Positions 56,433 through 64,000 of a stretch of DNA of 64,000 bases are shown here, in pieces. Source of the DNA: an uncultured virus (IMG/VR IMGVR_UViG_3300027816_000062) (taxonomy: Duplodnaviria > Heunggongvirae > Uroviricota > Caudoviricetes). A program made the translations under genes and the position numbers. The stretch is taken from IMG/VR virus record IMGVR_UViG_3300027816_000062. One strand, 5' to 3'. The notes beneath the pieces are model-generated. The model ran no database searches, was not told where the DNA came from, and was given only the letters and a program-made list of their open reading frames with translations. Positions within the stretch are counted from its first letter, which is position 1; each line of letters opens with the position of its first letter.

Positions 56433-56750
56433 GTGAACAACCAAACCGTAACAATCCCGCAGGTGGGCATGGGAGCCACTCAATGCGTCGGCTCTGACCG
56501 ACGAGCGTATACAGTCGTTGAAATTATCAATGACCGAAAAATTGTCCTCCAGCGAGACAAGGTAAAGCGCATCGACTCGAACGGTTTTAGCACAGAACAA
56601 AAGTACTCTTATGAACCAAACCCCAATGGTCACGAAGTTGTTGTGACTTTACGCAAGAATGGACGATGGTGCGAGGTTGGAGAGGCCATCGACAACGGAG
56701 TTCAATATGTAGTTGGGCATCGAAAAGAATACGACGACCCGCACTTCTAA
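56433..56750 (+). CDS. hypothetical phage protein
   Basis: AAGGAG SD before GTG; VGMGAT...GSDR.AYTV and Y.DPHF. Confidence 0.7.
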   Translation: MNNQTVTIPQVGMGATQCVGSDRRAYTVVEIINDRKIVLQRDKVKRIDSNGFSTEQKYSYEPNPNGHEVVVTLRKNGRWCEVGEAIDNGVQYVVGHRKEYDDPHF

Positions 56751-56887
56751 AACAAAAGCAAAAGACAATGGTATCTAAGAAAATGATGCCATTGTCTTTT
56801 GCGAAAAAATCGAAAAATCGTGGCACACAATCGCAGAAAGTCATAAAAAATCCCTTATCTTTGAGATTCTAATCGGATATATAAATT

Positions 56888-57100
56888 ATGAAGAAGTTTC
56901 TCCTTTTCGCTGGCGAATATACTCCCGAGGGAGGAATGAAAGATTTTCAGGCCTCTGATGACAATGTCGATGCTCTTTACAGAATTTTGTCTTACGAAAT
57001 GGTCAAGCATGATTGGCGATGGTGGCATATTGTTGATAGAGACACTATGAACATTGTTTCAGACAGCAAGTTCCCCGAAGATGGTCCGACCCGAGTGTAA
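56888..57100 (+). CDS. hypothetical protein, paralog of 57102..57299
   Basis: both start MKKFLLFAG and share WWHIV...TM.IV. Confidence 0.8.
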   Translation: MKKFLLFAGEYTPEGGMKDFQASDDNVDALYRILSYEMVKHDWRWWHIVDRDTMNIVSDSKFPEDGPTRV

Positions 57101-57101
57101 A

Positions 57102-57299
57102 ATGAAGAAGTTTCTCCTTTTCGCTGGCTCTTTCCCAAATGAGGGGCAAGGCTGGCGAGATTATAAGTTCACAGCAGATACGATAGGGGAGGTTCACGCC
57201 TTCCTTGCCAACTACATGGTAAACGAAATGGTGGGCTGGTGGCATATTGTATCTGCGGAAACGATGGAAATTGTAGATAATAACAAGCCGATTCATTGA
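57102..57299 (+). CDS. hypothetical protein, paralog of 56888..57100
   Basis: paralogy. Confidence 0.8.
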   Translation: MKKFLLFAGSFPNEGQGWRDYKFTADTIGEVHAFLANYMVNEMVGWWHIVSAETMEIVDNNKPIH

Positions 57300-57418
57300 T
57301 AAGGGCAATTCGTTGAAAAGCGAAAAGTCCTTTTTTCACGCCTTAATGATCGTGCCGCACAATCGTAGAAAGTCATAAAAAATGGGGGCCAATCCCCCAT
57401 TTTTTATCTTAGTCCTTT

Positions 57419-58294
57419 TTAGGCCGTCGCCAGTTCTTTCTTTGCTTCCAGGCTCTTGGCCTTGCCTCGGCCCATAATGAAGTTTGCGGCTTTCCCCGCA
57501 AGTCCTGCGGCCTGCACGACCATTTTGGGGTCGTCATTCAGAACCTTGAGCCAGCCCTGAATATAGGCCTGGGTGTTCTCGGTGTCATTGTCGATGCCGA
57601 TTTCTTGGCAGAGAAAGGCGGCTGTGAGTTCTGCTACCAGTTCCTCGCGGCTGTAACCTTCCTTGTCAAGCGTTGAGATTTGCATGACTTCGGGTCGAGC
57701 CAATCGGGATTCGTGGCCCGTCGCGTGACCAAGTTCATGGAATAAGGTCGCGTAATAGGCTTCGGAACTGACAAAAGATTCGATAATAGGCATTTGGACC
57801 CAATCGCCATAAGGCGAATAACAGGCACGATTTCCACCGTGACGAATCTCAGGCACCAGCGGCATTTCTTGGACCACTTCCTCACAACGTTCGATGCGGC
57901 GATTGTCTTTCAGTTCCTCAATCGGCGGCAGGTCGAGCCCTTCGGTTTGCTCCACATTGAAAACATAAAATTGCTTCAATACGGGGTAGGAACCTGTCTT
58001 GCCAGTCTTATCATCCTCATAACTCACCTGCTTCCAGAACACAATCGGTGTGCCCTTCTCGCCCTTCTTGATTCGCCCGCCCATCTTGTTGATTTGATTG
58101 CAAGTCATCCAGCGCGGGTCGGCAAAGGTAGACATTGACAAAAGCAGAAGGTTGAGCCCGCTATACTTGGTTCCGCTACTGGGGTTGCAGGGTCGAATCA
58201 CCGACCAGGGTCGCTTCCAAGCAACGTTTCCGCTCTTTAGGCCCTCGATGATGGTGTTGGTTACGATTTCGTAGACTTCGGACTTCTTCTTCAT
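57419..58294 (-). CDS. ardC: ArdC-like antirestriction ssDNA-binding/zincin protein
   Basis: W..PW, YSGLNLLLL, KGEKG, VFNVEQ, HELGHATGH..RL.R, Y..EELVAEL, YI.GWL..L. Confidence 0.92.
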   Translation of the reverse strand: MKKKSEVYEIVTNTIIEGLKSGNVAWKRPWSVIRPCNPSSGTKYSGLNLLLLSMSTFADPRWMTCNQINKMGGRIKKGEKGTPIVFWKQVSYEDDKTGKTGSYPVLKQFYVFNVEQTEGLDLPPIEELKDNRRIERCEEVVQEMPLVPEIRHGGNRACYSPYGDWVQMPIIESFVSSEAYYATLFHELGHATGHESRLARPEVMQISTLDKEGYSREELVAELTAAFLCQEIGIDNDTENTQAYIQGWLKVLNDDPKMVVQAAGLAGKAANFIMGRGKAKSLEAKKELATA

Positions 58295-58419
58295 TAGTCT
58301 GCCTCTCTTTATATATCCGATTAGACTACGATAGAAAGGGGATTTTTTATGGCTTTCTGAGATTATGGGCCACGATCATTAAAAATCCCCTTTTCAAGTA
58401 AATTCATATAATATAATAG

Positions 58420-58614
58420 AAAGAAAGGCAAAATTCGCCCGAATTAAATATCGGATTAATGAAGCGAACACATGAATAAATCATGTGGTGACATTGAAAA
58501 TAAAGAGGCCGTAAAGATAAGACTTGGCATCCAAGTCAATGCCGTGAAGCCAAGGGCCAACGACATCTGGTGGAGCCTTACCACCACCGAGGCGAAAAAT
58601 TACTTGACAATCGG
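58420..58614 (+). ncRNA. putative structured ncRNA, second copy of motif at 34168
   Basis: shared 5' 22-mer and 3' 19-mer, different core hairpins. Confidence 0.6.
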
Positions 58615-58656
58615 AAAAATCCCCCTTTTCCACTAACACAATCGGATATATAAGCA

Positions 58657-58760
58657 GGTGTCCAGGGGGCGGTGAAAGTCCGCAAGGCGGCTGCAGAGTC
58701 ATGAATCTGCAGTGCGGCTGGTTTCCTCTGCGCTTGCGCAAGACCACCCTGGCGAGCCTT
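58657..58760 (+). ncRNA. GC-rich structured leader/ncRNA
   Basis: CCAGGG/CCCTGG closure, GCGG-TGAAAGT-CCGC, CTGCAGA/TCTGCAG, TGGTTT/AGACCA. Confidence 0.5.
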
Positions 58761-58774
58761 CACAAGAGAGAAAT

Positions 58775-58987
58775 ATGCACGAGTTTGGTATAACTTTCCA
58801 AAACATCCATGGCGAAACATATGACAGCCCCGAATATGTTGGTCTTACGCTGCCGTTTCGCCCAAATGTTGGTGATGAAATCCTGATTGTGGGGGCAGGA
58901 GGAAAATCCTACAGAGTCTTGAAAGTTGAATATTGCGCTGGGCCATCGTTTGGTGACTTTCTTCTCACCGTCGAACCCGTGGTGTAA
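58775..58987 (+). CDS. hypothetical protein
   Basis: LPFRP.VGD.I motif; ATG after structured leader. Confidence 0.65.
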   Translation: MHEFGITFQNIHGETYDSPEYVGLTLPFRPNVGDEILIVGAGGKSYRVLKVEYCAGPSFGDFLLTVEPVV

Positions 58988-59028
58988 AAAATCCCCTATA
59001 TCTTTTCATCACAAAAGATATAACAAGT

Positions 59029-59265
59029 ATGCTGGAACAGCTGACTCTTGAACATCACGGCGACTTTCATTGCGTGCGTGAGTTTTGGGATTGTGAATGT
59101 GATGATGATTACATTCGGGGCAATGATGACCACAAGTGCGAAAAGTGCGGCATTGAACGCGATGATGCGCCAAACTCTCGACTGACCGAAGTGATTGAAC
59201 GCTATCCCGATTTGGAGAACGTTCCCTGGGTCATTGACCAAGCGTCCAAGAGCTTCATTCACTAA
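59029..59265 (+). CDS. small zinc-finger-like protein
   Basis: FWDCEC..DYI.....CEKCG....DAPNSR; promoter motif. Confidence 0.7.
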   Translation: MLEQLTLEHHGDFHCVREFWDCECDDDYIRGNDDHKCEKCGIERDDAPNSRLTEVIERYPDLENVPWVIDQASKSFIH

Positions 59266-59360
59266 AGGTTCAAACAAAAAAGAGGGCATTGCCCTCTTTT
59301 TTATAACTTTCCATGATTATGGGCCACGATCATTAAAAATGGAAACAAAAAAATGAGACC

Positions 59361-59543
59361 CTATAAGGGCCTCTCGGAGATTTCTTTCTTCCATTCGGTA
59401 ATGGTTCGATACCATCCTGGGTACGTATCGGTTTTCCATCCGCCTTGGTATCTAAAGATATTACAAACCGCCACCCAGCCGTGACCATTGTGATAGCCAA
59501 TTTGCTTCGAGCCGTCTGACAAAACCGTGGTTTGGATTCTCAT
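59361..59543 (-). CDS. hypothetical protein
   Basis: ATGA-coupled to 59540..59752. Confidence 0.6.
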   Translation of the reverse strand: MRIQTTVLSDGSKQIGYHNGHGWVAVCNIFRYQGGWKTDTYPGWYRTITEWKKEISERPL

Positions 59544-59752
59544 TGCGACTTTGCATTGCTGCGAACTTGGCAGCAGTGACAGGGAAAAAACATGTTATTC
59601 ACCAAAATCATAAGAATGGCGACATTAAGCCAATCTTGAGTATCAAGTGGAATGCCCAGCGAGAAAACAGAATTACACAGCACAAGAAGAGCCAACGGGA
59701 TGAGAGTGATTGTGTTATTGATGATATTGTTCTTGATGGTCGAAAAACTCAC
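59540..59752 (-). CDS. small membrane protein
   Basis: reverse promoter motif at 59753-59794; two hydrophobic segments. Confidence 0.65.
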   Translation of the reverse strand: MSFSTIKNNIINNTITLIPLALLVLCNSVFSLGIPLDTQDWLNVAILMILVNNMFFPCHCCQVRSNAKSQ

Positions 59753-59841
59753 ACTTTATATATCCGATTAGACCACGAAAAACAAGGGATTTTTCAATAA
59801 TCGTGACACATAATCTCAGAAAGTTATAAAAAATCCGCTTC

Positions 59842-60282
59842 CTAAAAGGAAACGGATTTGAGTGTGTCTAGTATGGCTTCGTTCGATTTGATTTCGGCTT
59901 CCATTTCTTTAAGTCTTTGTTTAGCCCGAGGTATCGAATCCGATAAACGCCTAATTCTATCCTTTCTCCACTTTTCAAGATTCCCCCGCAAAATGTCATT
60001 GTCCAAAATCGCTTTCACCACCAAGTCCTGAAGTTCTTGAGGCACTTGAAACGACTGGCGTCCAGGTCCATGTTTATTGGGCTCCCATCCTTTGAAACGC
60101 CATTCACCGTTATCAAAAGTTGCGCTAATAACATGGCTCATTTGCCTAAAGTGAATAATAGGGGCATTTGAAAGAAGAGTTCCATAACCGACTTCAAACT
60201 GATTGTTATAGTGTCCTTCACCCATGAAACACACCCCATATTTGCCCAAATCACCTTGGTGGTTATAACATCTTGTGTTCAC
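59842..60282 (-). CDS. hypothetical protein
   Basis: reverse promoter motif upstream. Confidence 0.7.
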   Translation of the reverse strand: MNTRCYNHQGDLGKYGVCFMGEGHYNNQFEVGYGTLLSNAPIIHFRQMSHVISATFDNGEWRFKGWEPNKHGPGRQSFQVPQELQDLVVKAILDNDILRGNLEKWRKDRIRRLSDSIPRAKQRLKEMEAEIKSNEAILDTLKSVSF

Positions 60283-60322
60283 ACTTTATATATCCGATTA
60301 GGCCATGAAAAACAAGGGATTT

Positions 60323-60667
60323 TTATCGAACCCAGTGAATTGCCACGGTTCGCTCACCCTGTTGAAGCCCCAGCCCGTGAACACTTGGCTTGCTTACAGC
60401 AATTTCACGCGCTTCCTCGAAAGTCTTAGTTACTAGGTCGCCAGTCAAATCATAAATGGCACTCCACGCTTCTGCATCTTGCTCAGACGCGAAAGTAGCC
60501 AAAAGACCAACCGTCATAGGGTCTGGCGCAGGAGTCGTTGCATTTACAGCCGCAAAACGACCACTACCAAGTGAAATCATCACTACAGCATCGGGGAAAG
60601 ATTCATCCCCGCCAAGAACATCATTGACTTCAATGTCCAAATCACTCAGAATATCTTCGAGGGGCAC
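60323..60667 (-). CDS. hypothetical protein
   Basis: reverse promoter motif upstream. Confidence 0.7.
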   Translation of the reverse strand: MPLEDILSDLDIEVNDVLGGDESFPDAVVMISLGSGRFAAVNATTPAPDPMTVGLLATFASEQDAEAWSAIYDLTGDLVTKTFEEAREIAVSKPSVHGLGLQQGERTVAIHWVR

Positions 60668-61035
60668 CCTTTATATATCCGATTAGAACAAGAAAAACAA
60701 GGGATTTTTATGACTTTCTACAATCATGTGCCACACCCAAAGAACACACCAAAATCTCGGATGGAGCGAACACACTTTTGTGCGCCGCTCAAGCCGAGAA
60801 ACATACAGAAAACAGAAAATGCCAGAATACTTAGATGCTACATGGTTTTGTTCTCCTCGATGGTGTTTCGCATATTGATTTGATTTTCCTTCGAGTTTAG
60901 AGCTGTTGCCAACTCTTCTTTATATATCCGATTAGAGCCATGCAAAAAGGGGATTTTTTATATAATGATCGTATCACATAATCTCGGAAAGTCATAAAGA
61001 AAGGCCCCATTTTAGGGGCCTTGTTTTCTTAGACG

Positions 61036-61206
61036 CTAGTCGTCATAATCGTCATTCCGACGTTCTTTTCCTCGGCGGCGAGACCAATTTAGGTCCTCAC
61101 GAGCATGCTTCCCCGCCTTTTCTTTCTTTCTCTTGTTTTTGATGTCTTTGGGCACTAGCCCCCAGTGTTTTTCTGGCCAATCCGAGTTTCGGTTGGGATT
61201 CATCAT
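61036..61206 (-). CDS. small basic hypothetical protein
   Basis: reverse promoter motif and AGGAGG SD. Confidence 0.6.
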   Translation of the reverse strand: MMNPNRNSDWPEKHWGLVPKDIKNKRKKEKAGKHAREDLNWSRRRGKERRNDDYDD

Positions 61207-61341
61207 TACCCTCCTTTTTATATATCCGATTGAAACCATTCAAAAAGGGGATTTTTATAATGATCGTGGCGCATAATCGCAGAAAGTTATAAAGAAAGGG
61301 GCATTAGCCCCTAGTCTTTACTTATGCCCCAGAAGGCAACT

Positions 61342-61536
61342 TCACTTAGCCGTCGGCTTGAGATAAAACATTCCGTCAGTGGCGTCCACACGTTCAAGAG
61401 GTAATTGTTCAGTCACCCCAAGTGACTCCGCAAAACCAAGAAGCGAATAATACGCACTTTCCACCACGCCCATGTCGTTGTCAAGAAGCTCATTGAAGAG
61501 TAGAAGGAATTGCTTTTGTATGAGTCCCTTATTCAC
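61342..61536 (-). CDS. hypothetical protein
   Basis: reverse promoter motif upstream. Confidence 0.7.
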   Translation of the reverse strand: MNKGLIQKQFLLLFNELLDNDMGVVESAYYSLLGFAESLGVTEQLPLERVDATDGMFYLKPTAK

Positions 61537-61576
61537 TCTTTATATATCCGATTAGAACACGAAAGAAAAGGGATTT

Positions 61577-61972
61577 TTATGAAGCCCACTCGAAGCGATT
61601 CCGCTCAATATGATTCTGAAACACGCGGACAACGGCATCAATGTCCGTGAGTTTTTCATACTCCATATGAGTGTTGAGGCCACCACGGTAGTCCTTTTGC
61701 CCCTTAACGCATCGATAGTAGAACTCAGGTCGCGGAATGCTTCCACCCAGGTGAACATAAAGATTGTCCGAGTGCAAAATCACTTCACCAAGACAAGCCA
61801 CGCCAGCCTTGTTTGAGCGAATAGAATACTGCCCGTCTCTCAGGCCAAGACCGTGAGCAATTTCTTCAAGATACTGCTTTGCAAGACGATGAAAAGTTCG
61901 CTTAGCCCTATCATTATAGCCACTATGGGTGGAAGCGATATGAGCCATCATCCTAATGTCTTTAACGTCCAT
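61577..61972 (-). CDS. hypothetical protein
   Basis: K..FH, IRSNKAG.A..GEV.LH, YR.....DY.GG.N motifs. Confidence 0.75.
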   Translation of the reverse strand: MDVKDIRMMAHIASTHSGYNDRAKRTFHRLAKQYLEEIAHGLGLRDGQYSIRSNKAGVACLGEVILHSDNLYVHLGGSIPRPEFYYRCVKGQKDYRGGLNTHMEYEKLTDIDAVVRVFQNHIERNRFEWAS

Positions 61973-62103
61973 GGTTTGTTCCTACATTATATATCTGATT
62001 GAAATACAAAAGAAAAGGGATTTTTTATAATGATCGTGGCGCATAATCTCAGAAAGTTATAAAGAAAGCCCCGTTTTCAGGGGCATTTCTTTGAAGTCAG
62101 TTA

Positions 62104-62565
62104 TTAGAACCCAAAAGACGGGGTTTTCAGCAAGGTGGGCAGTTCTTGAATCGGCACCAACTTCACCTTCCCGTTGGTCTTTTGGTGGACCAAATCCGCC
62201 CACTTTTCATCCAAGTGCGTGTTAGCGTTGTAAACGATGAGCCCGCCGTCGTAATTCCCGATAATGCTCATCAATCGGGCCACATTGTTCTTCACCATAG
62301 ACCCGATGTAAAGTTGCTGGGTGGCGAAGATTTCAACGGCAATTTTCTTGCCGTTAGTCACCACTTCAAGGTCAATGGTGTGTTCAAATCCAGGCCGCTC
62401 AACGACCGCTTGCGGAACAACCATACCCTTTCCAACGACGGCCTCGAAGGCCTGTTGGACAACAAGTTCGAGCTGAGAGTGCTCGTTGCTGGTGGAGCGG
62501 AAAAGCTTTAGGGGCCAATTGTCGGGGATTTGAAGAAGGGCGACGATGGTTGCAATCTCAGTCAT
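62104..62565 (-). CDS. PD-(D/E)XK-fold-like protein
   Basis: IDL.V....KKIAVEI pattern; catalytic Lys absent. Confidence 0.5.
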   Translation of the reverse strand: MTEIATIVALLQIPDNWPLKLFRSTSNEHSQLELVVQQAFEAVVGKGMVVPQAVVERPGFEHTIDLEVVTNGKKIAVEIFATQQLYIGSMVKNNVARLMSIIGNYDGGLIVYNANTHLDEKWADLVHQKTNGKVKLVPIQELPTLLKTPSFGF

Positions 62566-62970
62566 GATTGTTTTCCTCTCCTTATATATCAGATTGGGCT
62601 ACGAAAGAAAGAGGATTTTTTATGACTTTCTGCGATTGTGTGACACAATTCAATGCAAGCCAAATATAAACAAAATCCCTGGCCACGGAGCCTCATGCTC
62701 ATGCGCGACCAGGGTGCCGTCAGTTTTTGGATAATCTCTATACTGTTTGCAACCAATATAGAACCACGTAATCGCGTCCTGAGACTGACCGTTGCATTTT
62801 CACGCTCTGCAACTAGAGGGGAAGCGGATACTCTTTGGTGTGCAGTCCACTTCTCAGCACTAGCGAGGTTGAGGCCTCGTTCTTCTTATATATCCGATTA
62901 GGCCAATGTAAAAAGGGGATTGTTTATAAAAAAACCCCCGCATTTTCAAACACAATCGGATATATAAAAT

Positions 62971-63369
62971 ATGACCGAAGTCTTTGGACAGACCACAGTC
63001 GCCGAGGCACTGCACTCGTCAGTTCACGAAGTCGCAAATCTCATTCTTGACAAAGGTTACCAAATCTTTACAGCTGACTGCCGCCCCGACATTCACTTCG
63101 CATGGCCCAATCGTGACTTTTACTTCACTGACGGGAAGCGCGTTGGATATTGCCAGTATGACAATCTCAATGGACTTGTATTTTGTCAAGTGTTGAAGGG
63201 TCATGGGTTTGGGAATGTCTACGATTATAAAAGCCCCCTGAGCGATTTAGTAGAAAAGACCCTAAACGAAATGCATGAACGACAATATCAAGACTTTGCA
63301 GAGTTTTTGGAATACAGAAAGCAAATTGGTGTACTGTATGAAGTGAAGTCTTTTGAAGTGAAGTTGTAA
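62971..63369 (+). CDS. hypothetical protein
   Basis: promoter motif; FYFTDG..VGYCQ. Confidence 0.7.
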   Translation: MTEVFGQTTVAEALHSSVHEVANLILDKGYQIFTADCRPDIHFAWPNRDFYFTDGKRVGYCQYDNLNGLVFCQVLKGHGFGNVYDYKSPLSDLVEKTLNEMHERQYQDFAEFLEYRKQIGVLYEVKSFEVKL

Positions 63370-63466
63370 ATCTCAGGGGCAAAATAAGCCCTTGATATTT
63401 ACTTTTATAACCAAAATGATCGTGCCACACAATCGTAGAAAGTTATAAAAAAGACTAGGGCAAGCC

Positions 63467-63655
63467 CTAGTCCAAATCCTCAAGAAGTTCAGCGTCGCCT
63501 TCATCCATCTCGTTGTCAGAATACCATCGAGAAAATGGGATACTGGCTTTGAAATCTTCCCATGCTTGCCCCAATTCATCTGCTGAATTTACAGAGAATG
63601 ATGCCGTATAAGCGGCACTACTGTCTTTATCACAAGCCCGAAAGATTCCAGTCAT
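63467..63655 (-). CDS. small acidic hypothetical protein
   Basis: reverse promoter motif upstream. Confidence 0.65.
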   Translation of the reverse strand: MTGIFRACDKDSSAAYTASFSVNSADELGQAWEDFKASIPFSRWYSDNEMDEGDAELLEDLD

Positions 63656-63695
63656 GCCTTATATATCCGATTGGGACAAAACAAACGGGGGATTT

Positions 63696-64000
63696 TTAGA
63701 TTTGACTCTCTCGAACAGGAATCCAGTTCTTTTGACGTTCAACTCTTTGGCCAAACTTACCAACCGTGGAAATCAACTCACGAAGTGAAGCGTATCCCTT
63801 CTCTCGCTCATTGCCCTCGACAATCCCGTAAAACAGGAAGTCATGAGCCTCGGACTGGCGGGCAGTCGAATCTTCGGGGTGAATCATCACACCATTTTCG
63901 TCCACGGGGCTGCCCTCGATTATAAACCATCGCCAAGTAGGAGCAACAAAGAACAGTTTCAAAACCACCATCGGATTCGGATTCGAGTCTTGAGAGTAGA
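63696..64000 (-). CDS. DUF2958-like protein (5' truncated by window)
   Basis: P.VVLKLF....W.W.I.E, FYG.V.G.E.E.GY.SL.EL, VER. Confidence 0.7.
   Translation of the reverse strand, partial: YSQDSNPNPMVVLKLFFVAPTWRWFIIEGSPVDENGVMIHPEDSTARQSEAHDFLFYGIVEGNEREKGYASLRELISTVGKFGQRVERQKNWIPVRESQI

Noticed and set aside
58657..58760. FMN riboswitch
   Set aside because: Only the first T-loop hairpin resembles it; the remaining conserved segments are missing
991..63700. Integron attC cassette array
   Set aside because: The repeated motif lacks GTTRRRY/RYYYAAC ends and long imperfect palindromes, and no integrase is visible; fixed spacing to start codons fits a promoter

Overview
A 64 kb piece of a large (jumbo-type) bacteriophage genome, standard genetic code, read by eye. 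It holds about 120 mostly short hypothetical genes. Most are single-gene units behind one repeated motif, AAAAATCCCC-N~16-ATCGGATATATAA, whose C-run ends about 33 nt before the start codon with no Shine-Dalgarno sequence (likely a phage promoter making leaderless mRNA). Recognisable proteins: RNA ligase, metallophosphoesterase, PncB, a pyrimidine-dimer-glycosylase-like protein, rIIA/rIIB, GH108 lysozyme, DUF262, a WGR-PARP ADP-ribosyltransferase, a macrodomain, a nucleotidyltransferase, ArdC and three homing-type endonucleases. About 18 tRNA genes are scattered over 25.6-53 kb. They include a tRNA-Leu(UAA) with a group I intron, two 8/4-fold tRNA-Ser, a tRNA split by an endonuclease gene plus a nested tRNA, and several tRNA-like RNAs. 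A ~600 nt highly structured ncRNA and other repeated RNA motifs are also present. Main observation: three short leader ORFs missing from the ORF track (25473, 31201, 51546) each precede a tRNA cluster. Each is rich in codons read by the downstream tRNAs, and two have full pause/antiterminator/terminator hairpins. This suggests ribosome-mediated attenuation that switches on phage tRNA genes when matching host tRNAs are depleted. A second dispersed ~35 bp repeat (at least 20 copies, both orientations) marks transcription-unit boundaries.
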